NCBI GenBank assembly: GCA_050250255.1
Contig: JBFWOZ010000046.1
Coordinates: forward strand, 1-22,604
Reading direction: 5' to 3'
Source: Bdellovibrionales bacterium
GTDB lineage: Bacteria > Bdellovibrionota > Bdellovibrionia > Bdellovibrionales > DASUEL01
Length of the DNA stretch: 22,604 bases
Position 1 is the first letter of the stretch, and each line of letters opens with the position of its first letter. The notes under the pieces are model-generated. The model had not been told where the DNA came from. It saw only the letters and a list, made by a program, of their open reading frames with translations, and did no database searches. Positions 16,530-22,604 of this stretch are shown in pieces. Made by a program: the position numbers and the translations under genes.

Positions 16530-19500
16530 TTGAAACACCAAGTCCGGATCGTTACTGCGGCAAGTCTCTTCGATGGTCATGATGCCAGCATCAATATCAT
16601 TCGTAGACTTTTGCAGGACGCTGGTGCGGAAGTGATTCACTTAGGTCATAACCGTTCCGTACGGGATGTGGTCGTGGCCGCTCTTCAGGAAGGCGCTCAG
16701 GGAATTTGTATTAGTTCCTATCAGGGCGGCCACATGGAATACTTTAAATACATGCGAGATCTTTTAAATCTCTACGGCGCTCCTTACGTCAAAATTTATG
16801 GCGGCGGCGGAGGCGTGATCATTCACGAAGAGAAAAAAGCGCTAGAAGAATACGGGATCTCCCGCATTTTTCATCCTGATGATGGCCGCCGACTTGGTCT
16901 TGAAGGCATGATCGCCGATATTATGCAGGGTTGTAGCTTTGATGTGGTGGAAGCCGCCCAAAAAGCAAAAGCGATGAAACCATCCTCGGTGCAAAGCGCA
17001 GGTTTTGAAGTGACCGAAGAAGATCTCTTCAACGTCGCTTTAGGACAACGACTCAGTGCTGAGGAAATGGGTGCAAAAGCTTCAGCCGCGGCAGAAGACG
17101 TACTTAAAAAACATAAAGGTTCAGAAGTTCCTCCCATTCTCGGTGTGACCGGTACGGGTGGAGCAGGAAAATCCAGTCTCTGTGATGAATTGATCCAGCG
17201 ATTTCTCAATGCCTTCGAAGGCATTCGTATCGGTGTTCTTTGTGTAGATCCTTCGAAACGTAAAACCGGCGGTGCGCTTCTTGGCGACCGTATTCGAATG
17301 AATTCACTTTCTCGCGGCGGCGTTTTTATGCGCTCGCTTGCGTCTCGTGGTTCAGGGCATGAGATGTCCGATCATTTGCCAAAGCTTCTTGATGTAGTGA
17401 AGACTTTAGATTTTGATTTGATCATCGTCGAGACAAGTGGGATCGGACAGAACGATTCTAAAATCACCGAAATTTCAGACGCGAGTCTTTACGTGATGAC
17501 TTCGGAGTTCGGTGCTCAGAGCCAGTTAGAAAAAATTGATATGATCGACTTCGCAGACTTAATTGCGATCAATAAAGCGGATCGACGTGGAAGCCAAGAT
17601 GCTCTTCGGGATGTGCGAAAGCAGTACCGACGTACGCGAAAACTTTTTCAGGCTCCGCCAGATGAAGAGCTCCCGGTTTTTACAACTCGCGCTTCGCTTT
17701 TTAATGATGGAGGCGTACATTTGCTTTTTGGAGCGCTTATACAAACGCTCCATAAAAAAACGAAAGATGATTTTTGGTCTCTTTCGGAGAAATATAAAAA
17801 GAATTTAAAAACTTCCGCTCATCAAGTCGTAATTCCTGCAGATCGTCAAAATTATTTGGCCGAGATTGTGAAATCAGTTCGTGGTTACAAGGGTGACACG
17901 AAAAAACAAGCGGACCTTGCGGATCAGTGGCAAGCTCTTGAAAGATCAAAAGCGGCTTTAAAAGCGAAACCAGAAGTTTTACAGAGTATTGACGAGCAAA
18001 TTCAAAAGACGAAAACTCAGCTTGGTCCAGACAACGTTAAGCTCCTACAGAACTGGGATGAACTTCATAAATACTACAGCGGCGATGAACTCACGTTTCA
18101 TATTCGTGGGAAAGAGATCAAACAACCGCTGGTTGTGAAGAGCTTAAGCGGCTTAAGAATTCCGCGAGTGGTTTTGCCAAAGCTTTCCAGTTATGGGGAT
18201 CGTCTCACATATTTAAAATTAGAAAATCGTCCCGGTGAATTTCCTTATACGGCGGGGACCTTCCCTTTAAAACGAGCGGAAGAAGAGCCACGTCGGCAAT
18301 TTGCGGGCGAAGGCACGCCTGAGCGTACGAATAAGCGTTTTCATTTTCTCTCGAGTAACGATACCGCAAAACGCCTTTCAACTGCTTTTGATTCGGTGAC
18401 TTTGTATGGAGAAGATCCAGATCTCAGACCCGATATTTACGGTAAAGTGGGTGAGAGCGGTGTGAGTATTTGCACGATCGAAGACATGGGCAAGCTCTAT
18501 AACGGTTTTGAGCTCTGCAAACCTTCAACCAGTGTGAGTATGACGATCAATGGGCCGGCGCCTTTAATTCTCGCGTTCTTTTTGAACAACGCCATCGATC
18601 ACGAAGTGAAGAAGAAAGAACAAGAGCTGGGCCATGCTTTAAAATTTGAAGAGTGGACCGAAGTGCGAAACCAGACTTTGTCTCAGGTACGAGGGACTGT
18701 TCAGGCTGATATCTTAAAAGAGGATCAAGCGCAGAACACTTGTATCTTCTCGACAGAGTTCGCTCTTCGTATGATGGGTGATATTCAAGAGTATTTTATC
18801 GAACATCAGGTTCGTAATTTCTATTCGGTAAGTATCTCGGGCTACCATATCGCCGAAGCTGGCGCGAATCCGATTTCGCAATTGGCGTTTACGCTCAGCA
18901 ACGGGTTCACTTACGTCGAATATTATCTCGCTCGCGGAATGAAAATCGATGACTTCGCGCCCAATCTTTCATTCTTCTTCAGTAACGGTCTGGATCCCGA
19001 GTATAGCGTGTTAGGTCGAGTGGCTCGTCGTATTTGGTCGGTCGCGATGAAAGAGCTTTACGGTGCCAATGAGCGTTCACAAAAATTAAAATATCATATT
19101 CAAACAAGCGGTCGCTCGCTTCATGCACAAGAAATTGATTTCAACGATATTCGTACGACCCTTCAAGCATTGATTGCAATCTACGACCACTGTAACTCGC
19201 TTCATACGAACGCCTACGATGAAGCAATTACGACACCGACGGAAGAATCAGTTCGTCGTGCGATGGCGATACAGATGATCATCAATAACGAATTTGGCGT
19301 GGCTAAAAATGAAAATCCAAATCAGGGCAGTTACTTCTTAGAAGAACTCACAGAGCTTGTAGAAGAAGCCGTGCTCGAAGAATTCATGAAAATTAACGAG
19401 CGGGGCGGGGTGCTGGGTGCTATGGAAACTCAGTACCAGCGCGGGAAGATTCAAGAAGAGTCGCTGTACTACGAACACCTCAAGCATAGTGGAGCTTACA

Positions 19501-19799
19501 AAGTCATTGGCGTGAACACGTTTATCGATCCGAAAACTCTAAAGCCAGGTTACGTACCACCAAAGATTGAGTTGGCCCGTGCTTCTCAAGAAGAAAAAGG
19601 ATCTCAGCTTAAAAACCTCGAAGCGTTTAAAGTTAAAAATAAAACGCTTGCGGAAAAAGAACTCGAAAATCTCAAAGCTGTAGCTATTTCTGGTGGAAAT
19701 ATTTTCGAGGCCTTAATGACGGCCTCGAGAGTCTGTTCGCTAGGGCAAATGAGCCAAGCCCTCTATCAAGTCGGCGGTCAGTACCGCCGATCGATGTAG
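16530..19799 (+). CDS. icmF: Fused isobutyryl-CoA mutase / MeaI GTPase chaperone (AdoCbl-dependent)
   Basis: N-terminal B12-binding [20 protein letters not shown]-loop, ETSGIGQ and NKAD. Mutase TIM barrel with RQFAGEG (Phe rather than the MCM Tyr) and QADILKEDQ. 1089 aa, TTG start. Confidence 0.95.
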   Translation: MKHQVRIVTAASLFDGHDASINIIRRLLQDAGAEVIHLGHNRSVRDVVVAALQEGAQGICISSYQGGHMEYFKYMRDLLNLYGAPYVKIYGGGGGVIIHEEKKALEEYGISRIFHPDDGRRLGLEGMIADIMQGCSFDVVEAAQKAKAMKPSSVQSAGFEVTEEDLFNVALGQRLSAEEMGAKASAAAEDVLKKHKGSEVPPILGVTGTGGAGKSSLCDELIQRFLNAFEGIRIGVLCVDPSKRKTGGALLGDRIRMNSLSRGGVFMRSLASRGSGHEMSDHLPKLLDVVKTLDFDLIIVETSGIGQNDSKITEISDASLYVMTSEFGAQSQLEKIDMIDFADLIAINKADRRGSQDALRDVRKQYRRTRKLFQAPPDEELPVFTTRASLFNDGGVHLLFGALIQTLHKKTKDDFWSLSEKYKKNLKTSAHQVVIPADRQNYLAEIVKSVRGYKGDTKKQADLADQWQALERSKAALKAKPEVLQSIDEQIQKTKTQLGPDNVKLLQNWDELHKYYSGDELTFHIRGKEIKQPLVVKSLSGLRIPRVVLPKLSSYGDRLTYLKLENRPGEFPYTAGTFPLKRAEEEPRRQFAGEGTPERTNKRFHFLSSNDTAKRLSTAFDSVTLYGEDPDLRPDIYGKVGESGVSICTIEDMGKLYNGFELCKPSTSVSMTINGPAPLILAFFLNNAIDHEVKKKEQELGHALKFEEWTEVRNQTLSQVRGTVQADILKEDQAQNTCIFSTEFALRMMGDIQEYFIEHQVRNFYSVSISGYHIAEAGANPISQLAFTLSNGFTYVEYYLARGMKIDDFAPNLSFFFSNGLDPEYSVLGRVARRIWSVAMKELYGANERSQKLKYHIQTSGRSLHAQEIDFNDIRTTLQALIAIYDHCNSLHTNAYDEAITTPTEESVRRAMAIQMIINNEFGVAKNENPNQGSYFLEELTELVEEAVLEEFMKINERGGVLGAMETQYQRGKIQEESLYYEHLKHSGAYKVIGVNTFIDPKTLKPGYVPPKIELARASQEEKGSQLKNLEAFKVKNKTLAEKELENLKAVAISGGNIFEALMTASRVCSLGQMSQALYQVGGQYRRSM

Positions 19800-19806
19800 T
19801 TCTGGT

Positions 19807-21699
19807 TTAATTGAGTTGAATCAGTTCATGTCCTTCTTGAATGAAAATCTGCTGACCGTAAGTTCCACCACGGGTTTCAAAAAATAAATTTGCCGTTTCA
19901 GGGGATCCCTTTTTGCTTACGCGTTGTAATGGGGAAAGATCAAGTCGGAATCTGCCATTGGGAGTCTTCTTATCCTCTTTAAACTGTACCTTAAAAATAT
20001 CGTAAGAACTCCATCCGGAGGCAATAGTTTTCATTACCATGAAGTAGCGGACCTCTTTTTCATTTGTCATAAAGGTGTTTTGGGCTGTCCCACATTGATA
20101 GTCTCCTGGTGAGCCTCTAGCAGGGTGAGTAAAAAAACTTTCCATTCGACACGTACGTCCTGTTTTCTCGCGACAAAAAGCATGTACCTTTTTCTGTACT
20201 TCCTGATAGTGAGAAGTAAGTTGTGCGAGTTCTGCAGTTCGTTCTTTAGGAAGAATCTCTTGCATGACGATGCTTTTTACGTTGCATTTTGAAACTTCTG
20301 TTACGTATTTTTTGATGAGAGGTAGAGATTCTGGAAGAGGTTTATTACCAATAGCTTCGTAAGCTTGTCTGATAGATTGTAGCTTTACAAGCTTCTCAAC
20401 GTTATAATCTTTAACTTGCTCCCAGTTCTGTGCCTCTTTTAAAGTTATTGGATCAAGCCAAGATTTGGTAAGGTCGGTCCAATTTTCTAAAGAAATATTA
20501 CTTAATTCCTTAAGGGCTTCATCAAAGACGGCAGAAGTATCTAAAACATCTTTTATTAAAGATCCTTCTCCAAATCCGTCCGATGATACTCTGTATGGGT
20601 ATGCGGTTCGGGGATGTCGTACGTTTTTAAGCTCTTCAATGTAGGCTTTATTTTTTCTTAACATCATACTCAAGAGTGAGAGCGATTGAATAGAGCCCTT
20701 CGCATACAATTTACGAATGGATCCAGGAATTTTAAAAGACTCAAGAAGGAGAGGGAAAGAGTTGCCGTCTGAGCCTTTGATGCGAATTCCTGCTATTGAA
20801 GCCAAATTTAATGCAAAAGTATATTTGATGAAGTCATCATCATTTTTAATGAGGGTTTCGAAAGTTTCGCCTTTTTGCGCAACAATCAAAAGTTGCCGTA
20901 AATTTACGAAGTCCTGTGCTTCTGCACTGACGGGAACAATCCATGGTTTACGATTGAGATGTCGCAGCTCTTTCATGACGTCAATTTTTACGAGTGGCGA
21001 AATTTTTGTAGAACGCCAAAATGAATAATACTCTAGTGCAGTTTCAACTAAGTATTTTACAGATGTCAAACCTCTGGTTTTAATTTCGAGAATGGCTTGA
21101 CCCATACGGAGACGGTTTTCTGTCGAGCGTAAATCTCTTTCTAAGCTAGAATATTTTGGTGCAGGATCCACATAGACTACATTAATTAATTCATGTAGCA
21201 ATACAAATCCCTGATGGTCTTTTTTGGTAAGTCCATTAAGGTCACCCATTAATTCCATATTAGGAATGGACACAAAAATGCGGCCTTTGTAGTAAATGGC
21301 GGCGGGCTTTTGTTTTTGATATTCAACAGGAAGCCTTGGATAATTTTCGGGTACAAATACTAGGAGGCGATTTACATACACGATATCGGCTGTTTTACCT
21401 GCTTCACGAAGTAGGTCTGCTTGATCGGGCGAATATCGATCCAAAAGAGCTAACCATTTATTAAGAGAGACCACATAGTCTTTATTAAATTGTGGACCTT
21501 CGCCATTGCCGTCTCGACCATCTGGCAAATTCTCTATGCCTCGGTACAAACGAGTATCATTGGCAAGGGCTGCTTCGATAGGTACCCATTTGCCAGGCTC
21601 GACCTCAACAATGAGTTGTCCGTTGCCAGCTTTCTCGGCAAAAGATGTGTGCGCAACAAATGTTAGCGCAAACAAAAGAATAAAAAATAAGTGTTTCAC
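19807..21699 (-). CDS. Large secreted hypothetical protein with a degenerate HExxH-like motif
   Basis: GTG start with SD GGAGG. Signal peptide MKHLFFILLFALTFVAHTSFA followed by EKAGNG. VLLHELIN motif. GTGA overlap with the upstream gene. Confidence 0.75.
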   Translation of the reverse strand: MKHLFFILLFALTFVAHTSFAEKAGNGQLIVEVEPGKWVPIEAALANDTRLYRGIENLPDGRDGNGEGPQFNKDYVVSLNKWLALLDRYSPDQADLLREAGKTADIVYVNRLLVFVPENYPRLPVEYQKQKPAAIYYKGRIFVSIPNMELMGDLNGLTKKDHQGFVLLHELINVVYVDPAPKYSSLERDLRSTENRLRMGQAILEIKTRGLTSVKYLVETALEYYSFWRSTKISPLVKIDVMKELRHLNRKPWIVPVSAEAQDFVNLRQLLIVAQKGETFETLIKNDDDFIKYTFALNLASIAGIRIKGSDGNSFPLLLESFKIPGSIRKLYAKGSIQSLSLLSMMLRKNKAYIEELKNVRHPRTAYPYRVSSDGFGEGSLIKDVLDTSAVFDEALKELSNISLENWTDLTKSWLDPITLKEAQNWEQVKDYNVEKLVKLQSIRQAYEAIGNKPLPESLPLIKKYVTEVSKCNVKSIVMQEILPKERTAELAQLTSHYQEVQKKVHAFCREKTGRTCRMESFFTHPARGSPGDYQCGTAQNTFMTNEKEVRYFMVMKTIASGWSSYDIFKVQFKEDKKTPNGRFRLDLSPLQRVSKKGSPETANLFFETRGGTYGQQIFIQEGHELIQLN

Positions 21700-22475
21700 T
21701 TGGAACCTCCCGGTTCTAATTTTGTTAAAGGGAAAAATTGCATAGCTAATCGATAAACTTCGGTGGGCTCTTTGCCTTCTTCCATAAGGAGAGCCAAATC
21801 ATCTTGGAATTTACGAATGAGCGTTTTGGCATCATTCATTTTTTGAAGATCCATGGGGATGGTAACCCACGTATAATCTCTTTGTTGAACAGGGACAGAT
21901 TCTAACGCTGCTTGTGCGAGCTCTAAGGTCTGTTGATGAGATTGTCTTAACGAAATATTCACCACGTCATCGGTTGTACGATATCGGGTGGGAATTCGTT
22001 TTAAAACCCCATCTTCTTCTTTGATCATTTCTAAACGTTTTAAAGTTTCGAGCGAGGTGGTGACTTCTTTCGAGCTTGCGCCTAGGCGTTCCGCAAGCCA
22101 CTTAAGATCGTTTTTAAATGTCGGAGTCTTCATGAGACTGAGGATGGCGAAGGCACGCCAATCTGCAATCACCTGATGTTGATCCATATTCATTTGTACA
22201 AACTGAGGATCATTTTGAACGCGGTTTTTGCTATCCTTTTCAATGAACCCGCCCAAAATTTCGGAACGTTCTTGTGGGTCAAAATAGAGCTTGTCACAAA
22301 GTTGTGTTGCCAGTTTGCGCGAGACACGTCGTTTGCCTTGTAAAATGAGACTTAAAGTGGCGGGACTAATCCCCACTTTTTTAGCAAAAGCTCTTACAGA
22401 ATAGTTGGGGTAACGTATTCGTAAAGTCTCAAGGCGCGTTCGAAGCGCATGTTGTACGGCGATCTGGGTTTTCAT
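21696..22475 (-). CDS. HTH + DUF4423 (TIGR02147-like) putative transcriptional regulator
   Basis: YPNYSVRAFAKKVGISPATLSLILQGKR (XRE-like HTH), IADWRAFAILSL, WLAERLG, H.Q.LELA..AL..VP..QRD, VYRLAMQFFPLTK. Confidence 0.85.
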   Translation of the reverse strand: MKTQIAVQHALRTRLETLRIRYPNYSVRAFAKKVGISPATLSLILQGKRRVSRKLATQLCDKLYFDPQERSEILGGFIEKDSKNRVQNDPQFVQMNMDQHQVIADWRAFAILSLMKTPTFKNDLKWLAERLGASSKEVTTSLETLKRLEMIKEEDGVLKRIPTRYRTTDDVVNISLRQSHQQTLELAQAALESVPVQQRDYTWVTIPMDLQKMNDAKTLIRKFQDDLALLMEEGKEPTEVYRLAMQFFPLTKLEPGGSK

Positions 22476-22482
22476 GAGAGCG

Positions 22483-22512
22483 AAAGTAATCGAGACTCAT
22501 TGCTTTTCACAA
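22483..22512 (-). promoter_or_regulatory. sigma70-like promoter (TTGTGA-18-TACTTT) for the HTH-DUF4423 gene; likely leaderless
   Basis: Minus strand: TTGTGA (22512-22507), 18 nt, TACTTT (22488-22483), 7 nt, ATG at 22475. No SD. Confidence 0.55.
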
Positions 22513-22515
22513 GAG

Positions 22516-22540
22516 TTTTGGAAACAAAGTTTTTCCAAAA
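22516..22540. promoter_or_regulatory. Perfect 9-bp inverted repeat TTTTGGAAA-N7-TTTCCAAAA; candidate operator
   Basis: Arms at 22516-22524 and 22532-22540, directly upstream of the -35 box of the HTH gene. Confidence 0.5.
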
Positions 22541-22604
22541 TCAGTAACATGAAAGAAGTATAAGAGTGACTAAGGTACGGACACACATTAGGGACTCGGT
22601 GTGT

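Noticed and set aside
16530..19799. Methylmalonyl-CoA mutase call
   Set aside because: The B12-GTPase-mutase fusion order and RQFAG (Phe) indicate IcmF.
1678..22176. Many short antisense or alternate-frame ORFs in the track (e.g. 1678-2004, 9210-9554, 14956-15267, 16871-17224, 20717-21028)
   Set aside because: They overlap well-supported genes and lack RBS or motifs; typical shadow ORFs.

Overview
Bacterial chromosomal window, most likely from a Bdellovibrionota/Oligoflexia-like organism. This is inferred from gene content: a TIGR04552-like protein, an HTH-DUF4423/TIGR02147-like regulator, a DUF222-like HNH nuclease and acidic-tailed ScpA/ScpB. Core blocks are (i) site-2 protease-trpS-scpA-scpB, running directly into a DUF5819/SdpA-like + HTTM/SdpB-like membrane pair and a secreted S8 protease, and (ii) plsC, a porin-like gene and hbd-crt-icmF. 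Accessory parts are a sigma54-type promoter before a Cys-rich lipoprotein, an HNH + lipoprotein cassette, and an HTH-DUF4423 regulator coupled to a large secreted protein. The most notable signals are: a RelA/SpoT-synthetase-like enzyme with substituted acceptor-site motifs, translationally coupled to a nucleoside phosphorylase/nucleosidase under a palindromic operator-like site; a repeated promoter geometry implying leaderless mRNAs for six to seven operon-first genes; and the HTTM/SdpAB-like pair linked to a protease through an RBS-sequestering hairpin. I saw no rRNA, tRNA, CRISPR array or transposase. All family calls come from recognising motifs by eye, not from database searches.
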